Origin: an uncultured delta proteobacterium
Lineage (GTDB): Bacteria > Myxococcota_A > UBA9160 > UBA4427
NCBI GenBank assembly: GCA_963822965.1
Contig: CAWGJT010000010.1
Span: 224,001-288,000, forward strand
DNA length: 64,000 bases
Direction of reading: 5' to 3'
In this document: piece after piece, positions 10,130 to 20,026 of the stretch
Layout: each line of letters begins with the position of its first letter
How positions within the stretch are numbered: the stretch's first letter is position 1
Notes under the pieces: model-generated
Database searches by the model: none
What the model was told of the DNA's origin: nothing
The model's input: the letters and a program-made list of their open reading frames with translations, nothing else
Position numbers and translations under genes: made by a program

Positions 10130-10777
10130 TCACTCGCGCTCGTCGGGATCCAAGCGGGTGGCGAGCTCGCGACCGGAGACGGCCCCTGCGACGCGGTGCC
10201 CCGTGAGGCGCGTGTGCGTCGGCCGGTAGTCCTCGCCTTCGGCGGGCTGGTTCTCGAGCTCGATCTCCACGCTTCCGTCCGGACGGATCTCGGTCACCGA
10301 GCTGGACACGATGCGTGCGCCCACGATGCGTGGGATGAAGGCGAAGTCCGTGTCCACCCCCGGGACCGTCGAGACCACGAGCTGGGTCCTGGTCGTGCCC
10401 GTGAGGGTGCGTCCCGCGATGTCTCCCTCCCCGTGACCGATCACGTCCGCGTGCACCGGCTCGCTCGCGTCGGGGAAGGTGGTGTCGAGCTTGAACGTGG
10501 CCGAGTAGCGGTCGCCTTCCTGCTTGAGGATCACGGTGCCCGCGATGCGCCGCTTCTGGCTGGGGCCCTCGAGGGGCCGGGTGGTTCCCTTCACCTCGTA
10601 GACTCCCGAGATGGGAGCCGGCTCGGGGGCGGCGGCGACGTCCCCCGTCTGGGGCGCCTCGGCGCTGCAACCGCCGCAGGCGAGCAGAGCGGCCGTCACC
10701 ACGCCCTGCCAGCCGTGGACTCCGGTGCGACGATCCGCGCGTCGCGTCAGGGGGAACCTTGCGAAGGAAGTTCGCAT
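10130..10777 (-). CDS. Hypothetical lipoprotein, beta-rich
   Basis: Signal-like stretch ending LLACGGC followed by alternating beta-strand pattern; start uncertain. Confidence 0.6.
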   Translation of the reverse strand: MRTSFARFPLTRRADRRTGVHGWQGVVTAALLACGGCSAEAPQTGDVAAAPEPAPISGVYEVKGTTRPLEGPSQKRRIAGTVILKQEGDRYSATFKLDTTFPDASEPVHADVIGHGEGDIAGRTLTGTTRTQLVVSTVPGVDTDFAFIPRIVGARIVSSSVTEIRPDGSVEIELENQPAEGEDYRPTHTRLTGHRVAGAVSGRELATRLDPDERE

Positions 10778-11013
10778 CGGAGGCCTCCTCGATCCCGGAG
10801 TCTGTCCCGACAGCATACGCGGCCGCTTCCGACATGGGAAGGCAATCGTGTTCGGGGTGCTCGAGAACCGATCCGGGCCCGCAAGAGGGAGCTGCGGAGC
10901 CGCGACCCGGGACTTCGTCGTGGGTCGCGCTCCTGGCTGACGACTCCGCAGGACTCGCTTTCGGCGCAAGCCGACCCATCCCGGGTCGGCCTGCTAGAAT
11001 CGGCCGTCGGCTC

Positions 11014-11925
11014 ATGTGTCCGTTCCCGAATTCCTCGACAGGCCCCGGTGTCGAGGCCCTCGAGGCGTCCTTCCGGCTCGAACGGCGCCCCGCGAGAGCC
11101 TGGCGGAAGCTCGCCCGGGGGCTGGCCCGCGGAGGAGGCCTGCTGCTGGCGGTCGCCGTCGCCTCGCCGACTCACGCCGACGTGCCGCCCGGTCTCGAGC
11201 CCGCTCCCGAGGGCGTCTCGGTCGAGGCCGTCGTCCAGCGTGCCGAGGACGCGATGCGCGGTGACACGACCTACTGCGCCTGCCGCATGACGGTCTCGTC
11301 TCCGCGCCTCACCGCGCCCCGCTCCGTGTCCTTCGAGTCGTGGACCGACGTTCCGGGTCGCCGCTCGTTCATCCGCATCCATTCGCCGGCAAAGGACGCC
11401 GGCACGGGCTTCCTGAAGCTGCATCCGAACCTGTGGATGTACGTGCCCCGGGTGGAGCGCACGATCCGGGTGCCGCCTTCGATGATGCTGCAGTCGTGGA
11501 TGGGGAGCGATTTCACCAACGACGACCTGGTGCGCGAATCGAGCGAGGTGAAGGACTACGACCACGTGCTGCTCGGCGTCGACCCGGGCTCCGAGCGCAG
11601 CGGCGGCCGCCGGAGCTACGTCGTCGAGTACCGTCCCCACGAATCGGCGCCGGTCGTGTGGGCGCGCATCGTGGCCTGGATCGACGCCGAGCATTGGGCG
11701 CCGCTGTTCCAGGAATTCTACGACGAGGACGGGACGAAGGTGCGCGAGCTTCGCTTCTCCGACGTGCGCGCCGTCGGCTCGCGGTACGTGCCGCACCGCT
11801 GGAAGCTGACGCCGCTGGACAAGCCGGGGCACGAGACCGTGGTCGTGGTGGACGAGATCCGTTACGACCTGCCCATCGACGAGGACGTGTTCACGACGCG
11901 CAACCTCAAGCGGGCGTCCCGGTGA
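11014..11925 (+). CDS. Outer-membrane lipoprotein-sorting protein (LolA-like)
   Basis: SPAKDAGTGFLK, LWMYVP, MMLQSWMGSDFTNDDL and FTTRNLKR motifs; start codon uncertain. Confidence 0.85.
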   Translation: MCPFPNSSTGPGVEALEASFRLERRPARAWRKLARGLARGGGLLLAVAVASPTHADVPPGLEPAPEGVSVEAVVQRAEDAMRGDTTYCACRMTVSSPRLTAPRSVSFESWTDVPGRRSFIRIHSPAKDAGTGFLKLHPNLWMYVPRVERTIRVPPSMMLQSWMGSDFTNDDLVRESSEVKDYDHVLLGVDPGSERSGGRRSYVVEYRPHESAPVVWARIVAWIDAEHWAPLFQEFYDEDGTKVRELRFSDVRAVGSRYVPHRWKLTPLDKPGHETVVVVDEIRYDLPIDEDVFTTRNLKRASR

Positions 11926-11938
11926 GGTCGCGGCGACG

Positions 11939-13165
11939 GTGAGCCTCGAGCGTCGTCTCGCGTGGCGCAACGTCTGGCGCAACGGGCGTCGGACGGGCCT
12001 GTGCGTGGCGGCCACGGTCTTCGCGGTGTTCCTGGTGGTGCTCTCCGTGGCGATGGCGGCGGGCACCCACGAGAAGATGATCGAGGACGGAGTTGCCCTG
12101 CACTCCGGGCACGTGGTGATCATGGGCCCGGGCTATCTGGAGGACCGCACCCTCGAGCACTTCGTCCGCCTCGACCCGGACGCGATCGCGGTCCTGGAGG
12201 GGACACCGGGGGTCCGGGGCTTCGCGCCGCGGGTCACGAGCTTCGCGCTGCTCTCGTACGGCACGGACAGCCAGGGCGCCGCGGTGATCGGCGTGGACCC
12301 CGCACGGGAGGGCACCGTCACGACGTGGCCCTCCCGCGTGAGCGAGGGCCGCTTCCTGGCGCCCGGCGGACGGCGGGAGATCGTGCTGGGCGCGGCCCTG
12401 GCCGATTCGCTCGGGGTCGCGATCGGCGACGAGCTGCTCGTCTACGGCGTCGCCTACTCCCTGGAGACGGCCTACGAGCTCTTCACCGTCGTCGGCCGGA
12501 TCGAGCTGCCGGAGTCCGACCTCGAACGGACCCTCTCGCTGGTGACGTTGACCGACGCCCAGTCGTTCTTCGTGTACGGCGACCGGCTGAGCGAGATCGC
12601 GGTCCGTCTGGGCAGCGCGGACGACGCGGATCGGGTCCGCGACGAGCTGGCGGCGCGTCTCCCGGGCGTCGACGTCCACACCTGGGACGAGCTCCTCCCC
12701 GATCTCGAGCAGCTCGTGCTGATCGACGACGTGGGCATGTACCTCACCCTCGCCATCCTCATCGTGGTCGTGGGCTTCGGAATCCTGAACACCATCTGGA
12801 TGGCGATCCTGGAGCGACGTCGGGAGCTCGGGTTGATGCTGGCCCTGGGGCTGCGGCCCGGCGCCGTCTTCCGACTGGTGTACTGGGAGTCGATCTTCAT
12901 GGCCGGCCTCGGGCTCGCCATCGGACTGGGGCTCGCCCTGCCGACGGTGCTCTACCTCGTCGGGCACCCGATCCCGCTCACCAGCGAGGCCCTCAGCGGG
13001 ACCACCGAGCTGTTCGGCATGGAGCCCATGGCGACCTTCGAGCTGAAGCCCCTGAATCCCCTGGGCTCGGCGCTCACGATCCTCGGGGTGGGCGCCCTCG
13101 CGGCCCTTCATCCGGCGTGGAAGGCGAGCCGCGGACGTCCCGCGGACGCCCTGCGGACCCTGTAG
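11939..13165 (+). CDS. ABC transporter permease, FtsX/LolE type
   Basis: LAWRNVWRNGRRT, periplasmic domain, ILNTIWMAILERRRELG and P..ALR C-terminus. Confidence 0.9.
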   Translation: MSLERRLAWRNVWRNGRRTGLCVAATVFAVFLVVLSVAMAAGTHEKMIEDGVALHSGHVVIMGPGYLEDRTLEHFVRLDPDAIAVLEGTPGVRGFAPRVTSFALLSYGTDSQGAAVIGVDPAREGTVTTWPSRVSEGRFLAPGGRREIVLGAALADSLGVAIGDELLVYGVAYSLETAYELFTVVGRIELPESDLERTLSLVTLTDAQSFFVYGDRLSEIAVRLGSADDADRVRDELAARLPGVDVHTWDELLPDLEQLVLIDDVGMYLTLAILIVVVGFGILNTIWMAILERRRELGLMLALGLRPGAVFRLVYWESIFMAGLGLAIGLGLALPTVLYLVGHPIPLTSEALSGTTELFGMEPMATFELKPLNPLGSALTILGVGALAALHPAWKASRGRPADALRTL

Positions 13166-13201
13166 GCCGGGTCGTACGCCCGGAAGCGGAGACGCGCGGC
13201 C

Positions 13202-14416
13202 ATGATCTGGCGACTCGCATTCCGGGGCCTGTTCCGCAATCCGCGGCGAACCGCGGTGGTGCTGGCGGCGGTGGCCGTCGGCATCGCGGGCTGCTCGCTG
13301 ACGGTGGCGCTCAACACCGGTCTGGCCCTGCAGATGGTGAAGACCGCGATCGCGACGGAGCTCGGCCACCTGCAGATCCACGCGCCGGGCTACGAGGCCG
13401 ATCCCGGGCTGCGGCTGCTGCTGCCGGACGACGGGGATCGCGAAGCCCGAGCCCTCGCCGCCCAGAAGGGCATCTCGCACTTCGCGCGACGGGTGCGCGC
13501 CACGGGCCTGGTCAACTCTCCGCACGCGAGCGTCGGGGTGCGCGTGGTGGCGGTGCAGCCCGAGGCCGAGGCGCAGGTATCGAGCTACGCAGGCAACCTC
13601 GTGGCCGGTGTGTGGCGTTCGCTGGGACGCGGCCGAGTGCTGCTCGGGGTCGACCTCGCGCGGCGGCTGCGGGTCGAGCTCGGCGACAAGGTGGTGCTCT
13701 CGGTCCAGGATCTCGCCGGCGATCTCACCGGCCAGGCCTTCCGCGTGGGCGGTCTCTTCCGCACGGCCTCGCGACCGGTCAACGAGTCCACCGTGCTGAT
13801 GCGCCTCGACCTGGCCCAGGGGCTCTTCGGCCTGGGTGACGCGGTCTCGGAGATCGTCGTGCTGGCGGACGACGCGGATCGCGTCCCCGCCCTGCGGGCG
13901 GAGCTCTCGCGAGAGCTCGGCGCCGACGCGGAGGTGCGCAGCTGGGCGCAGCTGCAGCCGCTCCTCGTGTACCTGCTCGCGACCATGGACCAGATGGCGT
14001 GGGTCGTGTACGCGGGAATCTTCATCGCGATGGCGTTCGGGATCGCGAACGTGCTGCTCATGTCGATCTACGAGCGCACCCACGAGATCGGAGTGATGAT
14101 GGCGCTCGGCATGAAGCCGCGGCGCGTGGTGCTGGCGGTGATGGCCGAGTCGCTGATCGTCACCGGGGCGGGCCTCGCCGCCGGGCTGGCGGTCGGCCTC
14201 TTCGCCGTCTGGCTGCTCCGCGATGGCATCGACCTGCGGCACTTCGCGGCGGGTCTCGAGCGCTTCGGCGTGGGGTCCCGCATCGTGCCGGTGGTGCGCG
14301 CGCGAGACCTGGTGGCGCCGGTGGTAATGGCTCTCACCGCGGCGACGGTGGCCAGCGCGTGGCCCGCCCTGCGCGCCGTCTCCCTGCGCCCCGGGGAGGC
14401 GTTGCGGCATGTCTGA
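13202..14416 (+). CDS. ABC transporter permease, FtsX/LolE type (second)
   Basis: LAFRGLFRNPRRT, ANVLLMSIYERTHEIGVMMALG and PGEALRHV. Confidence 0.9.
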   Translation: MIWRLAFRGLFRNPRRTAVVLAAVAVGIAGCSLTVALNTGLALQMVKTAIATELGHLQIHAPGYEADPGLRLLLPDDGDREARALAAQKGISHFARRVRATGLVNSPHASVGVRVVAVQPEAEAQVSSYAGNLVAGVWRSLGRGRVLLGVDLARRLRVELGDKVVLSVQDLAGDLTGQAFRVGGLFRTASRPVNESTVLMRLDLAQGLFGLGDAVSEIVVLADDADRVPALRAELSRELGADAEVRSWAQLQPLLVYLLATMDQMAWVVYAGIFIAMAFGIANVLLMSIYERTHEIGVMMALGMKPRRVVLAVMAESLIVTGAGLAAGLAVGLFAVWLLRDGIDLRHFAAGLERFGVGSRIVPVVRARDLVAPVVMALTAATVASAWPALRAVSLRPGEALRHV

Positions 14417-15158
14417 AGGCAGCGGAACGGCCGAGACGGGACGAGCCTCGAGCGGCGGCGCGGCCGGCCGGATCGCCGAGGCGCGCGGCGTCCGCAAGGT
14501 GTACGACACCCGGGGTGTCTCGACCCTCGCCCTCGACGGCGTGGACCTGGAAATCTGTGAGCGCGAGTTCACGGCGCTCGCGGGGCCCAGCGGATCGGGC
14601 AAGACCACCCTGCTCAACCTGCTCGGTGCGCTGGACGCCGCCACCGAGGGAAGCATCCGGATCGACGGGCAGGACCTCGCGACCCTCGCGCCGGCCGAGC
14701 TTTCGGACCTGCGGCTGCGGAAGCTCGGCTTCGTGTTCCAGGCCTACAACCTGATTCCGGTCTTCACGGCGCGGGAGAACGTGGAGTTCGTGATGGAGAT
14801 GCAGGGGGTGTCCGCCGCCGAGCGCAAGCGTCGGGCGCTGGCCGTCCTCGAGGAGGTGGGGCTCGCCGGACTGCACGACAAGCGACCCCTCGAGATGAGC
14901 GGTGGGCAGCAGCAGCGGGTGGCAGTGGCGCGCGCCATCGTCGGCCGCCCCCGGATGGTGCTGGCCGACGAGCCCACCGCGAATCTCGATTCCGAGACGG
15001 CCGCCCGTCTGCTGGAGCTGATGGGGCAGCTGAACGCCGGCTACGGGATCACCTTCCTCTTCTCCACGCACGACCCGGCGGTGATGGACGTGGCTCGGCG
15101 GATCGTGCGGCTGCACGACGGGCGCATCGTCGCCGACGAGCGGAAGGGCTCCGGGTGA
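14409..15158 (+). CDS. ABC transporter ATP-binding protein, LolD-like
   Basis: Walker A GPSGSGKT, signature MSGGQQQR, LADEPTANLD and H-loop STHD. Confidence 0.95.
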   Translation: MSEGSGTAETGRASSGGAAGRIAEARGVRKVYDTRGVSTLALDGVDLEICEREFTALAGPSGSGKTTLLNLLGALDAATEGSIRIDGQDLATLAPAELSDLRLRKLGFVFQAYNLIPVFTARENVEFVMEMQGVSAAERKRRALAVLEEVGLAGLHDKRPLEMSGGQQQRVAVARAIVGRPRMVLADEPTANLDSETAARLLELMGQLNAGYGITFLFSTHDPAVMDVARRIVRLHDGRIVADERKGSG

Positions 15159-16554
15159 CGGGGCAACCGCGCCTGCCGCTCCGGGTCTTGCTCTCGACCT
15201 TTCTGGCGCTCGCCTCGCCGGCGGGGGCGACGGAGCTCTGGAGCCGGGGAGACGCGCGGGTGAGCCTGTCGGGCTCGGTGCGGGAGCTGGGCCAGATCGG
15301 GGCCCAGACCGACGCGGACGCCTTCACCCGGGCGATCGCACGGGACGTGCTGGACGCAGGCCAGACCCGCTGCCTGGAGGCCGCGGGGTTCGCCGACTGT
15401 CCCGCCTTCCAGACCGTCGGTCAGAAGGACGCCTGGCAGAGTCTCACGCGGGTGCGCACACGGCTCGACGTTCAGCTCGCCCGCGGCCTGCGAGCGGTGG
15501 TCGTCTACGACAACGAGCTCTCCCTCGGCATCCTCGACACCTTCGAGGCGGGCCTCGCCACGGGCTTCCGACAGGACGATCTCGTCGACGCGGAATGGAC
15601 GATCGTCTCCGACGATCGCGCCGAGTGGCGGCACCTCTTCTACCGCGGATTCGTGCAGCTCACGCGGGGGGGCTCGATCTCACCGTCGGCCGGCAACGCA
15701 TCGCCTGGGGGGTGGGGCGGCTGTGGAACCCCATCGACCGCTTCAACGCGATTCCCCCGCTGGCGGTCCAGGCGGATCAGAGCCAGGGCATCGACAGCGT
15801 CGACGCCCGCTGGTCGTTCGACGGCTTCGACTATGTCGAGGCGGTGTACGCACCCGGGTCCGGCCGGGACGAGGCGCGCTATGCGCTGCGCTGGCACGGC
15901 GTGGTACGGGACACCGACCTCTCGTTCATGGGGGGCCTCTTCGAGGAGTCGCCGACCGCGGGCATGGACCTGGCGCGCAACCTCGGTGACGCCGCGGTGC
16001 GTCTCGAGGCCGTCTATACCGACCCGCACCAGAAGGTCTGGAAGATCGGTTGGAGCCGTCGGCGCCGGCTCGACGACTTCTTCCAGGTGGTGGCCTCCAT
16101 CGACTACACGTTCGACTGGGCGAACGGCATCTACGTGCTCGTCGAGCACCTGTACAACGGCAATGCCCTGGGCTTCGGAAGGGGGAGCGCGGGCTCCCTG
16201 CTGCCCTTGTTCGAGGCCAGCGACACGCCGCCGCCGGACGTCCCCGCCACCGTCCCCGGCCCGTACGCGGTGGCCGGGTCCGCGGCGCTGTTCGGAACGA
16301 GCCGCGTCGTGACCTCGGCCGAGCAGCAGACGGGCTTCCTGGTGGGCGGGGACATCAACCCCGAGCTGCACCTCGACGTCCTGACGATCTACGACTGGAA
16401 CGGCGAGAGCGCAGCGTTCTTCCCGTCGCTCCGCTACACGCCCTTCGGAGCGCTCGAGGTCACCGTCGGCGTCCAGACCTTCGTCGGCCCGCGCCGCTCG
16501 CAGTTCGGGGACGCCCAGACCTTCGTCTACCTGCTGGCCGACGTATTCTTCTGA
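15155..16554 (+). CDS. Putative outer-membrane beta-barrel protein; frameshift in the G run at about 15666-15672
   Basis: Signal peptide in ORF 15155 continues in ORF 15595 frame (LTVGRQRIAWG...WNPIDRFN); terminal aromatic ...ADVFF; GTGA overlap with the ATPase gene. Confidence 0.7.
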
Positions 16555-16571
16555 GGAACCCAACTAGGGGA

Positions 16572-16590
16572 GGGAGCCCGTCGGGCTCCC
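16572..16590. terminator. GC hairpin between convergent genes
   Basis: GGGAGCCC-GTC-GGGCTCCC; no clear U tract. Confidence 0.4.
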
Positions 16591-16632
16591 GTTGCGGCGG
16601 AACCGCGACCCGACTTCGTCTTGGGTCGCGCT

Positions 16633-17238
16633 CTAGCGCGACAGCGACCCGCGCAGGCGCGCGAACGCCCGCGCGAAGCCGCGCAGGGGATCCCGCAGCA
16701 CGATCGGCTCGACGGCGCCGCAGCAGCCCAGACGGCGGTGCCGGCGCACGGCGGAGAGGATGGCGTCCGGCAGCCGGCTCCGGGCCATGCCGTCCCGCAC
16801 GACCTGTGCCGGGTCGCGACGGTCCACCGGGGTGAGCTCCTTGTCCTCGTCTTCGCTTCCCGTGAGCACGATCACGGGAACGCGGTGGGCGAGGGCGGAG
16901 GCCACCTCGATGCTGGCGGCGCAGTCCGGCCGCGCTTCGCTCCGGGTGAGATCCACCAGGACGGCGTCGTAGTCGCCCGCCTCCACGTGCGCGAAGGCCG
17001 CGTCGAGGCGATCGGCGGGTCGCACCTCGAAGCGGCCCTTGCGAGTGCGCTCGAGGGTCTCGCGGACCAGGGCGGCGTACTCGCCGCAGTGCTCCACGAA
17101 GACGAGGCGGACCGCGGCCTCGTCGGCGCGCAGACCTTCGGGGTCGGCGGGGCGCCGGGTGCGGTCGGGCATCGACTCACGCATCGACTCACGCATCGAC
17201 TCACGCATCGACTCACGCATCGACTCACGCATCGACAT
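16633..17238 (-). CDS. Degenerate single-domain response regulator (receiver-like) with N-terminal MRES repeats
   Basis: VRLVFVEH...YDAVLVDL...PVIVLTG retains the Asp and Thr positions; acidic pocket and conserved Lys are not evident. Confidence 0.7.
   Translation of the reverse strand: MSMRESMRESMRESMRESMRESMPDRTRRPADPEGLRADEAAVRLVFVEHCGEYAALVRETLERTRKGRFEVRPADRLDAAFAHVEAGDYDAVLVDLTRSEARPDCAASIEVASALAHRVPVIVLTGSEDEDKELTPVDRRDPAQVVRDGMARSRLPDAILSAVRRHRRLGCCGAVEPIVLRDPLRGFARAFARLRGSLSR
17169..17236. repeat. 12-bp tandem repeat GCATCGACTCAC, 5 full copies plus 8 nt
   Basis: Directly visible; followed by AT and G8 at 17239-17246. Confidence 0.95.
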
Positions 17239-17495
17239 GGGGGGGGTATCTCCGTCCTGGACCGGAGCAGGGCGAGGCTCCCGGGCGCCTCCGGCACCTT
17301 TCGGGGTCGGAACAACACAGTGTGATCTTTACTACAAAAGTTGCCCCCGGGGGCCGATCTCCGCGCTGCCCCGCCACGGCGCCGGGAGCACGAGGACCGC
17401 GCTCGGGCCGCGGGCGAGGGCCGGTGAGGGGCGGGCCAGGGCCCCGGACAGCCCGTGATAGAGTGCACGCTTCCCGCCTCGCCCGAGGAGTGGCC

Positions 17496-18281
17496 GTGCC
17501 GTACTTCGATTCGAAGGGCGTCCAGATCGCCTGGGTGGAGCACGGCGCCGGACCGCCCATCGTGCTGGTGCACGGCTTCGCGGCGAGCTTCGAGCGCAAC
17601 TGGCGGGCTCCCGGCTGGGTGAAGACGCTCACCGAGGCCGGCCGCCGGGTGATCGGTCTCGACTGCCGCGGGCACGGCCGCAGCGAGAAGCTCTACGACC
17701 CCGGGGCCTATGCGGGGGATCGCATGGCCGGCGACGTGATCGGCCTGCTGGATCACCTCGGGCTCGAGCGCGTGGACCTGATGGGGTACTCGATGGGCGG
17801 GATGATCTCGACGTGGCTGCTGGCGGCGCATCCCGAGCGCTTGAACGCCGTGGTCATCGGGGGCATCGGGGGCGACGCGCGGGGAGCGCGCGACCGGGAG
17901 CGCATCGCCGACGCGCTGGACGCGGCGGAGCCGACGGCCGGGCAGGGCGAGCCCGCGGAGAGCTTCCGGCGCTTCGCCGAGGCGAGCGGCAACGATCTGC
18001 GGGCCCTGGCCGCCGTCATGCGCGCCCATCGGGAGCCGAGCGACGCGGCCGCCCTGGCCCGGGTCACCAATCCGGTGCTGATCGTGGTGGGCGCGGACGA
18101 CACGCTCATCGGCGATCCGAAGATCCTGCAGGCGCGCATTCCCGGCGCCCGTCTCGTGGTGATTCCCGGCCGCGATCATCTGACGACCGTGGGCGACCGG
18201 CGCTACAAGCAGGCGGTGGTGGAGTTCCTGGCGGAGCACGGGCTCTCCCAGGAGCGCGACCCGGGACGAAGTCCTGGGTAG
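17496..18281 (+). CDS. Alpha/beta hydrolase
   Basis: VLVHGF, DCRGHG, GYSMGG nucleophile elbow, GADD and RDH; GAGGAG precedes GTG at 17496. Confidence 0.9.
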   Translation: MPYFDSKGVQIAWVEHGAGPPIVLVHGFAASFERNWRAPGWVKTLTEAGRRVIGLDCRGHGRSEKLYDPGAYAGDRMAGDVIGLLDHLGLERVDLMGYSMGGMISTWLLAAHPERLNAVVIGGIGGDARGARDRERIADALDAAEPTAGQGEPAESFRRFAEASGNDLRALAAVMRAHREPSDAAALARVTNPVLIVVGADDTLIGDPKILQARIPGARLVVIPGRDHLTTVGDRRYKQAVVEFLAEHGLSQERDPGRSPG

Positions 18282-18311
18282 GAGCGTCCGGGGCATCGAC
18301 GGGGAGGAGCC

Positions 18312-19964
18312 ATGGCGGAGATCCACGGCGGACAGATCGTCGCGAGGCAGCTCGAGGCGGCGGGCGTCGACACCCTCTTCGGGGTGGTCGCGGGTCCCAT
18401 GATCGAGCTCTTCGCGGGCGCCCAGGAGCGCGGCTTCCGGGTGGTCGGCTGCCGTCACGAGGAGAACGCCGCCTTCATGGCCTCGGCCTGGGGCTGGTCG
18501 AAGCGCCGGCCGGGTGTGATCGTGGCGGGGTCGGGTCCGGCCGTCACGAACACCGTCACCCCGATGCACGTGGCGACCGCGAGCGGCATGCCGCTGGTGG
18601 TCCTCGGCGGCTCGACCCACGGGACCACCCGGGCGATCGGCGGCTTCCAGGAGGCGGATCAGCTGGCCTTCGCGCGGCCGGGCTGCAAGTGGGTGCAGCA
18701 GGTCGACTCGACGGAGCGCATCGCCGAGCACCTCCACCTGGCCATGGCGCGCGCGGTGCAGGGGCGTCCGGGCGCGGTGTACCTCGATTTTCCTGCGGAG
18801 GTCGTGGCTCGCCGCATTCCCGAGGAGCAGGCCGGCGTGCGGGCGTCGTCCCCGGAGCTCTCGGCGCCGCATCCCGATCCGGCCGCGATCGACAAGGCCG
18901 CGGACTGGCTGGCGGCCGCCGAGCGGCCGCTGGTGTTGATCGGGAAGGGCGCCGCCTGGTCGGGCGCCGGCGCCGCGCTCGAGAAGCTCGTCGGTCTCGG
19001 GATCCCGTACGTCGCGTCCCCGATGGCGCGCGGCACGGTGCCGGACGACGACCCCCACTTCGTGAACGCGGCGCGCTCGGCGGCGCTGGCGGGTGCCGAC
19101 GTCATCTTGATGGTCGGCGGGCGCTTCAACTGGATCTTCGGCTTCGGCCGCCCGCCCCGGTATCGGCCCGACGTGCGGATCGTCCAGGTGGACACGATGG
19201 CCGAGGAGATGACCTCGTCGGCGGAGGTGGCGCTGGGCATCGTGTCGGATGCACGGGCCGCCGCGGAGGCGCTGTACGCGGCACTGTCGGGCCGCCCGCT
19301 GCGTTGCGGTGGGCGCGAGGGCTCGTGGCTGCGCGACCTGGCCGCCCGCCGCGAGGCCAACGAAGCGCAGCTGGCCGCGGCGATGACCAGGGACTCGGTG
19401 CCCATCGACCCCTATCGGCTGGTAGCCGAGGTGCGCGCATCGGTGCCGCGGGACACGGCCCTCGCGGTGGATGGCGAGACCATCATGGGCATCTGCCGGG
19501 CCGTGCTGCCCAGCTACCGCGAGCGCTCGCGCTTCAACGCCGGCACCACCGGCTGCATGGGCACGGGCGTTCCCTACGCGATGGGCGCGAAGCTCGCCGA
19601 GCCCGACCGCCCCTCCGTGGCCGTGGTCGGCGACTACGCGTTCGGCGCCGCCGCCATGGAGGTGGAGACGGCCGCGCGGGTCGGGATTCCGGTGGTCTTC
19701 GTGGTGGCGAACAACGAGGGGATCGCCGGCCACCTGATCCAGGACCACATGCTGCCGCCCGGCTCCCCGCGCATCGCGAGCCTGCTGCCGGCCCATTACG
19801 AGAAGATGATCGAGATGGTGGACGGACACGCCGAGCGGGTGGAGCGACCAGACGAGATCCGGCCGGCGCTCGACCGCGCCCTGGCCGCCGATCGGGTCTC
19901 GCTCGTCCACGTGGTCTGCGACCCGAAGGCCGTCCGGCTGAGCGGTGGAAACTATCTGCAATAG
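18312..19964 (+). CDS. TPP-dependent enzyme, 2-hydroxyacyl-CoA lyase / oxalyl-CoA decarboxylase family
   Basis: RHEENA, GGFQEADQ, PMARG, GRFNWIFGFGRPP, AGTTGCMGTG and TPP motif GDYAFG...NN. Confidence 0.85.
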   Translation: MAEIHGGQIVARQLEAAGVDTLFGVVAGPMIELFAGAQERGFRVVGCRHEENAAFMASAWGWSKRRPGVIVAGSGPAVTNTVTPMHVATASGMPLVVLGGSTHGTTRAIGGFQEADQLAFARPGCKWVQQVDSTERIAEHLHLAMARAVQGRPGAVYLDFPAEVVARRIPEEQAGVRASSPELSAPHPDPAAIDKAADWLAAAERPLVLIGKGAAWSGAGAALEKLVGLGIPYVASPMARGTVPDDDPHFVNAARSAALAGADVILMVGGRFNWIFGFGRPPRYRPDVRIVQVDTMAEEMTSSAEVALGIVSDARAAAEALYAALSGRPLRCGGREGSWLRDLAARREANEAQLAAAMTRDSVPIDPYRLVAEVRASVPRDTALAVDGETIMGICRAVLPSYRERSRFNAGTTGCMGTGVPYAMGAKLAEPDRPSVAVVGDYAFGAAAMEVETAARVGIPVVFVVANNEGIAGHLIQDHMLPPGSPRIASLLPAHYEKMIEMVDGHAERVERPDEIRPALDRALAADRVSLVHVVCDPKAVRLSGGNYLQ

Positions 19965-20026
19965 CCCCGCACGGGGGGCTGCCGGCCACGGCCGTTGTCC
20001 GCAATCGCGAGTCCGGGAGAAGAATC

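Noticed and set aside
10896..10990. Hairpins upstream of the Lol-like operon as a riboswitch
   Set aside because: No known aptamer motif recognised, and they lie upstream of a plausible -10 (TAGAAT at 10995), so probably outside the transcript
17169..17236. CRISPR-like appearance of the 12-bp repeat and the other repeats
   Set aside because: Units are contiguous with no unique spacers, and no cas genes are in the window
16872..19961. Very long antisense or alternate-frame ORFs (e.g. 1029 aa here, 11906..14656, 60111..62912, 46714..49269)
   Set aside because: Low-complexity R/G/A/P-rich shadow frames expected in very GC-rich DNA opposite recognisable genes
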